A DNA stretch of 64,000 nt from a virus (Duplodnaviria; Caudoviricetes), in the IMG/VR virus record IMGVR_UViG_3300020187_001966; one strand, 5' to 3'. Shown one piece after another: positions 46,451-58,100 of the stretch. The stretch's first letter is position 1. The number at the start of each line of letters is the position of its first letter. Below the pieces are notes generated by a model that did not search any database, was not told the origin of the DNA, and saw nothing but the letters and a program-made list of their open reading frames with translations. The position numbers and the translations under genes are program-made.

Positions 46451-47548
46451 TTAGCTGTCGTCAACTGTATCAAAATTATTGGTTATTGCGAATACTGGGT
46501 CTGGATTAACATCAAAGGTAGCATCATTGAGTGTTATAATATCTGGCATTAGATAACTTACATTTGTTTCAAACGTTCCATCAGTAAATTGAGCAAATGC
46601 GGTATCATCTAATTCAATTTTAAGATCAACGTCTTTGCCGTTATCTGCCCATTTTCCATAAAGTTTCATGTAACGGTTAGCATAACTACTATAGCCATAA
46701 CCGTACCCGTATCCACTAGCATCGCCTAATGGGTAAGCACTTTCAAAAGCATTCTCATGTATATACAACCCTGCGGCTGCATAACCATACCCATAACCAC
46801 TAGGTGGTGCGGTAACACCACTACTAGTAAACAGTAGTTGATATGAATTTGTTAAGTCATAAAATCCTTTACCTTCACTAGTACCTTGTGTAATACTACT
46901 ACTTTGTACTACGTTGTCCCAAGTTAAACTTAGCACACCAATTTCATTAATGATATCTGCCCAGTTGTTGTATCCAGCAGTACTACCGCCAGTCATTTCC
47001 ATATTTAGACGCAGTTGTCCACCACTGTTAAAGAAATAACGAGCATGATTATAACTACCAAATGTCCATTTATGCTCACCAACTAACTTGTTATTCCAAG
47101 GAGTTGCTCTAGTATATGCTGTACTTGGAGTAATTACAAAAGAACTAGCGTTTGTTGGGTCTATTGATAAGTGAGCATTACTTGAAAGTATACTGTTGTT
47201 AACTTTAGTTTCAACTACATTTAAATCTTCAGCACGTATAGGTGTTCTAGCAAGTATGTCTGTACGGCTTGATGGAATACTAAACACCAAGATAGTATCA
47301 TTGATGTTAACGTGATCTATCATAATATTAGTACGATTAACCATACCTTGTAGTCGTTCAGCAGTAATTAGTGTACCAATAGCTAGCGCATCTTCAACGT
47401 TAACAGCCCCCCAACCAAACTTATGATTGGATCTGTCAGCATCAGTAACAAGTACAGCACTGTATTTGTCACCAAAAATTTTGTTGACAAGTTCAGCTAC
47501 CGCATTGTACTCTGAAGCTAATACTGTTGTACCTGCTGATGCTGGCAT
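46451..47548 (-). CDS. Putative virion structural protein with (Gly-Tyr)n blocks
   Basis: Position in the tail module; Thr/Ser/Asn-rich; RYFFNSGG segment; GYGYGY and GYGYGYGY. Confidence 0.7.
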   Translation of the reverse strand: MPASAGTTVLASEYNAVAELVNKIFGDKYSAVLVTDADRSNHKFGWGAVNVEDALAIGTLITAERLQGMVNRTNIMIDHVNINDTILVFSIPSSRTDILARTPIRAEDLNVVETKVNNSILSSNAHLSIDPTNASSFVITPSTAYTRATPWNNKLVGEHKWTFGSYNHARYFFNSGGQLRLNMEMTGGSTAGYNNWADIINEIGVLSLTWDNVVQSSSITQGTSEGKGFYDLTNSYQLLFTSSGVTAPPSGYGYGYAAAGLYIHENAFESAYPLGDASGYGYGYGYSSYANRYMKLYGKWADNGKDVDLKIELDDTAFAQFTDGTFETNVSYLMPDIITLNDATFDVNPDPVFAITNNFDTVDDS

Positions 47549-47549
47549 A

Positions 47550-48467
47550 TTACTTCACTCCTACCACTACTTCAATTAGACCTTCGCCATCGTCGGTCTT
47601 ATCAGCAAGAGCTCTCCCTATAATAATTCTATAATCTAATATATCTGTCATATGCGCAATTCTAGCATGACCTGGTATACTACTAGACACTAGTCTGTCG
47701 CCTTTGTTTATTTTTCCTGTAACTTTACAAGGTACACGCCCAGCTAATGCTACAAACGGATGTGTCTCGTCTGTACCTGCTGCGCTGTTCATTTCAAATC
47801 CTGGAGCGGTGGATATAATGCCAAATACATTTTCATCACATTCTGTAAGTGTTTGTGTTATCTCATTATCTCCGCCAATTTTTACTATAGTGCCTGGTTG
47901 ATATACTTCGTCTGCGTGATATCGTTCTGCAAGGTCAGCATACTCAGCACTTGTAGCAAGGCCTCTAAATTTAAAATTAGTTGTTGTGTTCATGTTAACA
48001 CCAGCTTGTATAACTGGAAACTGTGATGTTAGTACTGTGACGCCGTCTTCTAAATATTCCGTTGCCGCAGGTGTCCACGCAACAGTATCATCTACAAGTA
48101 TGGTAACAATAACACTATCAACAATATTTTCTATAGTATAGTGTGAAACTCCATTGGTGTCAAGCCTTGTTCTTACTTCCATTCTAGTATTACCAGCTGG
48201 TGAGCCAATTGTATACCATTCAGGAGCTTCATATATCTTTAAATAGCTGTCACTTGTATCATACCAAAGTTGTCCTTCAGTTGGGTTGTCTGGTGCTACA
48301 GGTCCAGCAAAGTTTTCTAATAAGTGTAGCAAGTCTTCGTTAAGATACTCGCCAAACCTGTTATAGTTCTTACCAATTAGTTTTAAACTGGTACTAGTAT
48401 CGACGGTACCGTCGTTTACTACTATTGGCGTCTTGCCGCTTTCTGAATAATCTATTGTATATGGCAT
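47550..48467 (-). CDS. Short tail fibre/spike-like protein with C-terminal intramolecular chaperone (autoproteolytic) domain
   Basis: ENFA...P.NPTEGQLWYD N-terminal fibre motif; ADLAERY...PGTIVKIGG...GIIST.P...VALAGRVPCKV...KGD.LVSS...IIGRAL. Confidence 0.75.
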   Translation of the reverse strand: MPYTIDYSESGKTPIVVNDGTVDTSTSLKLIGKNYNRFGEYLNEDLLHLLENFAGPVAPDNPTEGQLWYDTSDSYLKIYEAPEWYTIGSPAGNTRMEVRTRLDTNGVSHYTIENIVDSVIVTILVDDTVAWTPAATEYLEDGVTVLTSQFPVIQAGVNMNTTTNFKFRGLATSAEYADLAERYHADEVYQPGTIVKIGGDNEITQTLTECDENVFGIISTAPGFEMNSAAGTDETHPFVALAGRVPCKVTGKINKGDRLVSSSIPGHARIAHMTDILDYRIIIGRALADKTDDGEGLIEVVVGVK

Positions 48468-48476
48468 ATTTGTTCC

Positions 48477-49076
48477 TTAAACATCACTATACGATGTGCG
48501 TAGTCTGAGTGTGTATATTACTTGTATTTTTCTGTTGGCGCTTTTTTGTACTGGATGGAAAATTACATGTGTTAGCAAATCATCATTAGCTGAAAAAAGT
48601 GCTAGCTCGTCAAATACATATGTTCCATCCATGTTTGTGGCTGTATCAGTAGCATCTTGTCCTGCTGGCTCTCCGTAGTCTAGTGTACATGTAACAACAA
48701 CATCACTGTATAGGTTTGTACTTGTATGTACTGCTTCTACACTATTTAATGCCGATCCACTAACTGCTTCATCTACTACCTTACTAAACGTTTGGTTGTA
48801 TAGTACACCACTTGACAAACTTGTATTAGTTGCTTTATATGTTACAGCACCTAGTCCGTCAATTGTTGTACCAGCATTACCAAATCTCATTGTACCAATG
48901 TGATGTGATCCAGTTGACCCTGCTTCATTTGCTAATAAGTTAGCAAGAGCAACACTCATGTTCTCAAAGTTAACGGCGTTGCGGCGCTTTGTTAATATTT
49001 CACCACTTTCAGGATCCCATATTGTAATGTGACCTTCTACACCTATCATTGTTTTTTCAGTTTTATTTACACTCAT
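48477..49076 (-). CDS. Putative baseplate/tail structural protein (likely start ATG 49076)
   Basis: C-terminal FDELALF...LLTHVIFHPVQKSANRKIQVIYTLR; position in the structural module. Confidence 0.7.
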   Translation of the reverse strand: MSVNKTEKTMIGVEGHITIWDPESGEILTKRRNAVNFENMSVALANLLANEAGSTGSHHIGTMRFGNAGTTIDGLGAVTYKATNTSLSSGVLYNQTFSKVVDEAVSGSALNSVEAVHTSTNLYSDVVVTCTLDYGEPAGQDATDTATNMDGTYVFDELALFSANDDLLTHVIFHPVQKSANRKIQVIYTLRLRTSYSDV

Positions 49077-49095
49077 AATTTTTTTCCATTTATAA

Positions 49096-49103
49096 TATTT
49101 ATA
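49096..49103 (-). promoter_or_regulatory. T4-type late promoter TATAAATA
   Basis: Exact motif overlapping the stop of the giant gene, 20 nt before ATG 49076. Confidence 0.65.
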
Positions 49104-52100
49104 TAGATCCAGAACCCGCATTTCTAATGAAAGTGTGTTCGGGTGTTATTCCTGCTGAAGCAAGGCTTACACCACTATCGTTATAGGCTAATCTTAGATT
49201 GTCACCGTAATGTCCAAAGTTTTCTAACACTGGTATTGTTGGTTCATATCTTACTGTAGTACCAACTGGTGTATTAGTTAATACTGGTGTTCCGTATGTG
49301 CCTCGAGTACAGTAAAATAATGTTGTACCAAGTTTAGCACCGTATTCTACTCTTTCGTTGCCTACCCAAACTACACCGCTATCAGGGAAGCCAGTAGCAT
49401 TATCTACTATAATAGTATTATCATCACTAGCAATAACTGATGTTGCTGTTACAGTTGATGTTGCGTCAACAACGGCTGTGCTTTCTTGTATGCGATATTG
49501 TTCCCAAATATTCATACGGAACGAACGTGTATCAGTAGTTTCTGTAGATCCACTAGCATTAGTTTGTACTAGTATACTAACATTCTCATGTACATCCATT
49601 GGATAAAGTTCGTTACCCCAACCTTCTGTTACAGCCTGTTGGAATACATTAGCGTCATAAATGTATTCTATGTCACCATCTACTGTTGTAAATGTTATAG
49701 CATCCACATTATCAGGTGCTGTAGTAAACGTACCACCAGTTAGTATAGTATCTCCAGCCCAAGTTCTTTCAGTGTGATCTTCATACTTCATTGTGATAAC
49801 ACTATTGCGACTTAGTTCACTAATTTCATTTTCCCATGAATCAGTATGTGTATTGCGATCTGTTATACTATGTAATTTAGTATGGAACGGTTTAATTGTG
49901 TTAAAGAATTCTTCAACAACATTTACATTAAAGTTTCCATATCTTTCTTTATTCGTTAGTAATGGATGATCAACATTTAGTTTTACAAACGTAGTTTTAA
50001 ACGCAAAGTCATCTGCTGTATTATCAGCAATTGCTTGATACAAACACTTAAACCAAAGTTTGTTATATTTAACTTGATGTCTACCAACAAATATATGGCT
50101 ACGTAAACCATCAAATATAGTGCTTAGTATTCCATCAACTGAATTGTCAAATCCGTCTATATCAAATCCACTAATATCATAACCTAATCCAAACTTCTGA
50201 GAATTCCAAAGTTCTTCGCTTAATTGTATTGTGCCTTTTACTTTGTGTTCAAGAACCCATTCGTCATTTATACGACTGTAAGTTTCAGGTCTATTAATGT
50301 CATCACTGTGCATCACTGTTGTAATTTTCAGTGTATCACCATTTACATAAGGGAAAGGCACACCTAGTTCACCATATAGTTCATCTTTACTATCTGCTGT
50401 ATATTTTGGAGAAATACTAGTATTGTACTCGTATACCAAACTATCATTGTTGTCATAAGTTTTTCTAGTATAATCAACATAACTCCAATATGGTGATATG
50501 TCATATGACACCACGCCTTCAATACTAATCTTATTCATGACAGTTTCCCATGAATCACCACCATCAATTAGCGGAATGTCTGCTAGTAAATTATTAGCAG
50601 TTTCAATAAAGTTCTGTCTTGCTATTGGAAGTTCTCTTACCAAACTCTGTCTTGGACGTACTAAGTGTCCATAACGGTTGTATGGATGTAAGTTTAAATC
50701 TGGCAATGCGTGAGGACGAGCAACATCTATATCAGATTCTGGTGTTCCATCTGGTAAGTTATAATCATAAATTCTAACCCATTTTTCCATAGCAGTATCT
50801 AAACTTGGTTGATTGCCTGTGTTGTCTGCTAGTAAGTTAATATAAAAGTTATCACCATCTTGTACAACAGCATCCACCGCATATACTGTACCAGTACTCC
50901 AGGTTGTGTATGTATATCTTTCAGTATGTCTATTGTATCCAGTTAAACTGTCACGCATTTTAATATGTAACTGTTCTGGAATAATACTAGCAGAATCGTT
51001 TTCTGATAACAATGTCCACTCATTTAATGGTAGTGCGTTACTATCTACTCTTTGATTAACTTGTACAACTGTATTGTTTGTAATATATAATTCAACATTT
51101 GATAATAATAATTCACTACTGCCAGCAGCCGCTGCCCAGCTAATATTAAACGCACTTGGATTTTCTAATAGTCTGGCTAATTGGTATGTATTGTAGTTTC
51201 GTTTACTAGTATTATTTTGTTTTCCTTTAACCCAGAAGAAGTAATTTTTTTCTGTACGTTTGGATTGACTATTGTAAAACTTTTCCTCTGTCCAGTTGTA
51301 CACAGTTTCATTATCAATGTCAACACTTAGTGGAGTTCCACTTGCTGGGCTTCCATCAATATATCCACCTCGGTCAACTAATGTTTTCCATTCTTCAGGA
51401 GGAACACTACTGCGAGTCCATTCATATACATCAATGCTTGCGCCGTCAAATAATCTACCCCAGTATGCTTGCTTGTAGTCAATACTACTTTGTTCATAGT
51501 CTACATAAATTGCCGTGTTAATATCCCACCAACGCATGCCAATTTGTTCAGTTGCCCATGATTTAGTGTTTTCATTAAATCCATCAACTGTATTATAGTT
51601 ATAACTTGCTATATCAGCAGTTAGTATAAGGTCAATTTCTTCATCAATAAATCCAGGGATAATACCTTTAGCTGGATCAAATATCTCAAGTTGTGTAATA
51701 GTACTTTTTGTATAAGCATCATAAAGTTTTACACTTTCAATAAGGTCATTACGTGCTTGTGTGGCACTTTCTCTAACTTTAGTCCAACCAGTACCAGTAT
51801 GCCCAGTACTATTGGTGTAGTTTCCTACCCATTTATAAACTGCTGGACTACCATTTCCATCATCGTCAACAAACGCATACTTTGGTGTTTGTTGATTATT
51901 TTGTCTAAGTCCATTAAAATTATATTTGAAAACGCCATTTACTGTAGCATTAGTATTATTATCAAGTGTATTAAAGTCTGAGAATCTAACATTACGTAAC
52001 GGGTAAATATTTCCAACTGTTCCTTCTTCTTGAATATATTCATCAATATAAAATACAAGTGTATTATCTGGATTAACTGCAGTAACACGATGTATTCCAT

Positions 52101-55100
52101 CAATATTAGGTACTGTATTACTACCCACAATGAATACATAATCATCAGTAACAAGGTTGTGTGCTTGTGTATTTCCATCACTAAGATTAACTGAAATCAG
52201 CGCATCGTCTGCGTCATTGTTACCAGCACAGGCTTTACTAATGCTCATACCAAAGTCCATTGTTTGATACACCGCATACCCACTGTTACTGTCGTTATCA
52301 CCAACATTGTCAGCAAGCCAAATACTAAAAATATGTGGATCATTAGTCATTTCTTGGAAAACTTGATTACCATCACTACCAACAAACGCATTAAAGACGT
52401 TACTTATTTGTGTTTGTACAGCACTGAGTGTTCCTGCTGTTAACCCTAGTGTAGTATTAGCAGTACCTGCTCCTATAACTAATGTAGAGTTAGTACTTGT
52501 TAATTTAAGTCTGTTGCTACTATTAGTAGCACCAATGCCACTAAGTGATGCGCTGTTAATAATGTTAATTATTGAGTTAAGATCAACTGTAGTTGAAACT
52601 GATGTAGTTGATATTGGTGCGTTTGTAATACCAGAACTTATCCCAACTATAGTATTAGCTGATCCTGCTCCAATAAAAAGTGTTTCCAAATTACTATTAA
52701 TTTGTAATACGTTACTACTTGCTCCACCTGCTAGGGCAGTAATACCAGTAATATTTGCGTTGTTAATTTGTTGAACTACTTGAGCAATAGTTAAGTTTGG
52801 ACTATCTGATATAATTGATCCACTACTTGTTTCAGTAGTTGGCCCAACATCACTAAACCCAACCTCGAGATTTGCTGTACCAACACCTACTGTTAATGTA
52901 AACTCAGTATTTGGTGTAGTAGTTGTTTTTGTGATAACAAGTCTATTACTACTACTGCTTGCTGTTACATTTGCGATACTTTCATCGTTAATTTTATCAA
53001 TAATCTCTGCTAAGTTATATGTTTTATATCCTGTAACAGTAGTTGTACTAACAATTTGGCTTGTTGTAAATGTTGTACCACTGTTGCTTTGTAGCCAATC
53101 TCGAATAGCTTCTGGCAAAGAACTATCATCTAAGTCAGCTTGGGCACTACTAATATTTGCTTGTGTTACTGTTTCAGTACCAGCAATTACATTTAACGCA
53201 TTATAAGTTGTTCCAATACTGTTGTTTACTAAGTCAACATCATTTGTAATAAGTGCGTGTAACTCTGATTGGTATGCTGGTGTTCCAGCATCTAATGCTA
53301 ATAACACACTAAATTCTAAACCAACTGGTGAGTTAGCAAAATAATTAGATAACAGTGTATCCCAAGCAGCTTGGCTCGAAGCAGCAATGTATGCTGTCCT
53401 AAGTGCTTCAATACGTTGTACTCTAGCTGTAGCAACATTCGCTCTTATTGTTGGTGTATTAACTCCAGATTCAAATGCGTCAAAGAACATTTGTTCAAAT
53501 GCTGTTTGCGCAGTAATATTATTACTTAAATTTTCTGTTTCATTAAAGTTAATAGTAGTGCTTTCAATGATTAAAGTACTAGTTGCACTGCCTTCAATTT
53601 GTGGACTTATAGTATTACCAACAATACTAACATCATTAAATACTGTACTTGTGGATGTACTGTCAAATGTAATTGTTCTAGCATTTGCGCTAGTTGAGCC
53701 TATCACAAGCGTTGAATTATCAACAACAACATCAGTAGTACCAATGTCTTGCGTACCTGTTAAATTAATAATACTAAAAGTAGTTGTGTTAGTTGATTGT
53801 ACTAAATTAATAGTTGTTCCATCAATAATAAGAGTTTGTCCTGAATTAGGAATAACTGGAAGTGTAACTGAAGCAGTTGTTTCAATAGGATCATTTGGTT
53901 TTGTAAGACCACTTGTTCCGTCAGGGTCTAACACTTCCCATACTCTACCAGCATATATTACACGATCTTTATATTTGTATGCTGTCTTGTTATCCCATTG
54001 TTCAATATCTTTCCAATTACCATCAAAGTTGTATGCTTCTTTTACTTCTGTTGGAAATTGTACAAAATCATTTTTGTTTAACACACGATAATCTGTTTCC
54101 GTTAACAAAGGAAGTCCTGCTGTAACAAAATCATTTGCATAAGTATTTTCTTGTTCTATAGTTGTGTAGTTAAATGTTTTTGCTAGTCTAGTTGTAAAGT
54201 TATTTCCTGGTGTTCCATTAACTAGCAGTGGACTATTGAAGTCTACATCAATAACAATATCACTCAAGACATCGTTTAGCTCCGTGGAGCTAAAGCGAAC
54301 TGGCTGTGGATTTGTTTTTATTAAATCTGTTGTTAGTTCAAATTCTAGTGTATTTCTACTACGTGTGTCACCATAATCTGCTGTACGTATTGCCCATTCT
54401 TCATGTACTTTTGCTGTTGATAGTGTACCAAATAATGCTGTGTTACGCATAAATGCGTTTAATGCGTGACGTGTACCTCTATACTTACGAGTACCCTTAA
54501 CAAAGTTAAACAGGGTATCATCATCTAGTCCAACAATATCATTCCATGCTGGCTTGTTGTATCCAGTATTAAATCTTGCGGCATCTACTTGCTGTTGGTT
54601 ACTTAATGTATTACCAGGACCATAGTACTGATCAATTTCATTAGCTACTGTGTCAAAGTTAGGTGTAACACCATCTCTATTTACAATATAGCCTGGAGCA
54701 AATAATTTACCATTCCAGTTTTTACTGCGGCTACCTCTCCAGATAACTCTTTTATGACGTACACCAAGTGCTGGGTTGTAAATCAAATCATCAAAGTTTG
54801 ATTCATTATCAATAACCATTATATGTTCTATTTCAACACGATACAAACGAATACCATATATTTCTGTACCAGCGTTGGCTTCAATTATAGTAACAGCATC
54901 GTCTTCACCAATTACATCACGAGTAATGATAAGTTTGTTGTTTAGTATTTGAAGTCCAGCTTTGCTTACTACATTGTGTTGTCCATCAAATTTGTTATTA
55001 ATATTGCTAAAGTATCCATTTGAGCTTTCTTTAACTTCTATCTTTGTAGTGCTTGGTGTAGCATAATGTATATCAGCTAATTCTGCTGTTTCAGACCAAA

Positions 55101-58100
55101 TTACAGTGTTACTGCCAGTACTTGCCCAAGTTGCAGTCCAGCCTTGGCTCTCTAAGTATTCACCATACCCAAGTATAAATTCATATAAGTCTTGTAAACT
55201 ACTTAATACTGTATTGTAATCTAATGAACTACTAGCACTTTCATAATATTTGTATTTGTCAACTGTTGTATTACCAGCGTTAACCATTACTCTTCCAGCA
55301 TCTTTATTTGGTTTAAAGTATGTAAAGTTTTGATTGGTAGTATCATAACCCGCTACCTGATATCCATCAGCTACTTTTGTTATCTTAATAGCACTGAAAA
55401 ACAATTCTTCTTTTGGTTGACTAGTGTATAGTAATGTGTTAATATTTTCTTCTGGGATATTAACACGGCCTTTGTCTTGGCTACTCTCAAGAATGACTTC
55501 TTGATTACTACTAATGAACCCACCAGCTTTAATAATTGGATTAGTCATATAATTTTTAAAGCGATCTTCAACTGTTGAAACTGTAGTGTTATTATATTGT
55601 GCGAAGTTAACTAGTGCGTTGTTTAATCCAGCAGTATAACGCCTAGCACCAGAAGATAATAATACACTAAACGTTGCTGATCCAGTAACTGGCACTACTG
55701 AAGGTACTGTTTGGTAATTTCCACCTGGATTAGTAACCGCAACTGCTGTAATCACTCCACCATCTACTATTGCTTGTAGTGATGCGCCACTGCCAAAGTT
55801 ACTAAACACACTAAGCGGCGGCGCACTTGTGTATCCACTGCCACCATTTTTAATATTAACTAATTCTACAATGTTATCTTCATAATCTTTATTTGACAGT
55901 TGTACTAACTTATTGTTACCTAACATTTGAGTATCAGTAAACAATGTTTGTACTGTATTAAAGTTTGCTTGAGATCTTGTATTACTACGGAAATAATCAT
56001 TTGTTACTTTTAGTGGACGTAATTTTAGTAGCGCATAAAATAACGCAACTTTATATTCACTTGACTGACGCCAGTTGTTCTCAATACTACCCCAATCACC
56101 AAATACTATTTCAGCCATTGCTTGTGCTGATGTTGGCGATGTAACAACATTTGCTGTTACTGGATCATTTAATACCATAGCGTTAGTTACAAGTGTGTCT
56201 GTTTGCCAGTCATAAGCACTATAAGAATATGTTAGATTATATTTTTTTGGACTCAATGCTGGATCGTTATAATGTCCAGTTTCTAACGCAGTAATTAATG
56301 CTGTGCGTTTACTAACATCTATCCAACTATAATTTGTATCCCACCAACTTGGTTTTGTATTGTAACCAAACATTTCCCAAGGATGTGTATGTGGTCTATC
56401 TGTATTAAAGTAGTAAGTATAGATACCTCTCCATCCACCAATTTTAGGACCAACACTACTGTAATTCCAAGTAAACTTGTCACCAACACTGTATTCTGTT
56501 GAATCGTGTGTGCTAGTAATTTTGTTTCTAGTTTTCCACTTAGTAAAGCTACTACGTAATGCGGTTGTTAAGTCATTCCAATTGTATAAATTTGGACGAC
56601 TTGCTAGTGGCATAATATGTTTATAATCAGTAGTTGTTGTATTATCTAGGTTATTATATATACGAGTTTCTAGTTCAAATAATACAGCGTCTTCAATATT
56701 AAATGCGGCGGCAGATCGTGTATAAAGATCGCTACCTTTACGGGCTGTTACACTACCGTCGTGTCCGTATATATTATTTGCGTCTATTTCTAAACTATAC
56801 TTGTCTAATAATCCTAGTTTAACTGCGCTTGGTGGCACAAAACTAGGACTTGTTAATGGATACCATTTAGCATTAACTAATACTTTACCAGTACTATCAT
56901 ACATAACACTAGCAGTAATAGTTAGTTTATTTTGTGTAATAGTATAGTCTTGATCTTTAACAAGAGAACGCCAAACAAGCCCAGTATATCCATCGCCTTC
57001 ACGTATACTTACTTGTATGTGATTACTAGTGTCATCATATGTATTAATAGTTTGTGGTAAATTAAATACAGGTGAATCACTTGCTGTCCAACTACTGTTA
57101 ATTTCTTCGTACTCTTTATATTTTACCATTTCGCTATTAGCATATAAATCGTTACGTGTTTTACCAATATTCATACTAGTTAATGCTTGCTCAACTAACT
57201 CTATAACACTGACTGTAATATCAAGTGTTTTGTGTAGTTGAACACATTTTTGTATGAATTGTTGTTTAAAGTTGCTGTAACTATTCATAGCAAACTTAAT
57301 ACTACTAAACATATTTGTATCAGTAAACATTGATGTTTGGTTTACAAGTTCTGTTGAGTATGGTTGCTGACGAATAGTACCGCCAAATTCGTGTACATGT
57401 GGCAAATGTCTATAGTTGTTAACGCCAAAGAAACTACCAGTAAATCCAGGTATACTTTGTATTTGTTGCTTCATGTGTGTTAGTATATCACCAAAACTAA
57501 CATCAGTTAACACTTCATTCTGTGGGTTTAATACATGCGTATCAGCTGGCATGTTAGTACCTTGTGTGATATTATCGTTAGTGTGCCAAACTACATCAAA
57601 AAGATCATCAATAGGAAATCCACCTGGAATAGTTATCTTATTATCAGCTAATGTATATACAGTATACGGTTCACCATTTTTTGTAACTACTAAGTTGTCT
57701 GGTATTGAATATGCTTCGTTTACATATATTAATCCGCTTACACTATTATCACTAATAAGTCGATATAGGATTGCTGCGTCAAAAAAGGCATTAGTTACAG
57801 TTAATGTACGAGTATTACCAACAGGTGCGCCAAGGGTTACATTAGTTAACGCTGAGCCGTTTATGTTTAAAAACTCCAAGTCGTTAATGTCAAAGATTGT
57901 TGATATATTATATGTGTTTGTTCTATCAACAAATAGTGCTGGGTTCAATCCATTTATAAGATTTGGTTCTGCTGTAGTATGTGTACTGTTCCACTGGAAT
58001 ACTTCTAGCTTGTCGTTACGCTTTGATATTTTAAATGTATCTGGAGCTTCAATATCAGTTGTTCCAATATCAATTACAATTGGGTTCGTATCTGTTACAA

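Noticed and set aside
53387-54091. 234-aa plus-strand ORF (also 57416..58159, 40172..40603, 3243..3611 and the other plus-strand ORFs)
   Set aside because: They are antisense shadows of long minus-strand genes, with no RBS or motifs; all credible genes are on the minus strand.
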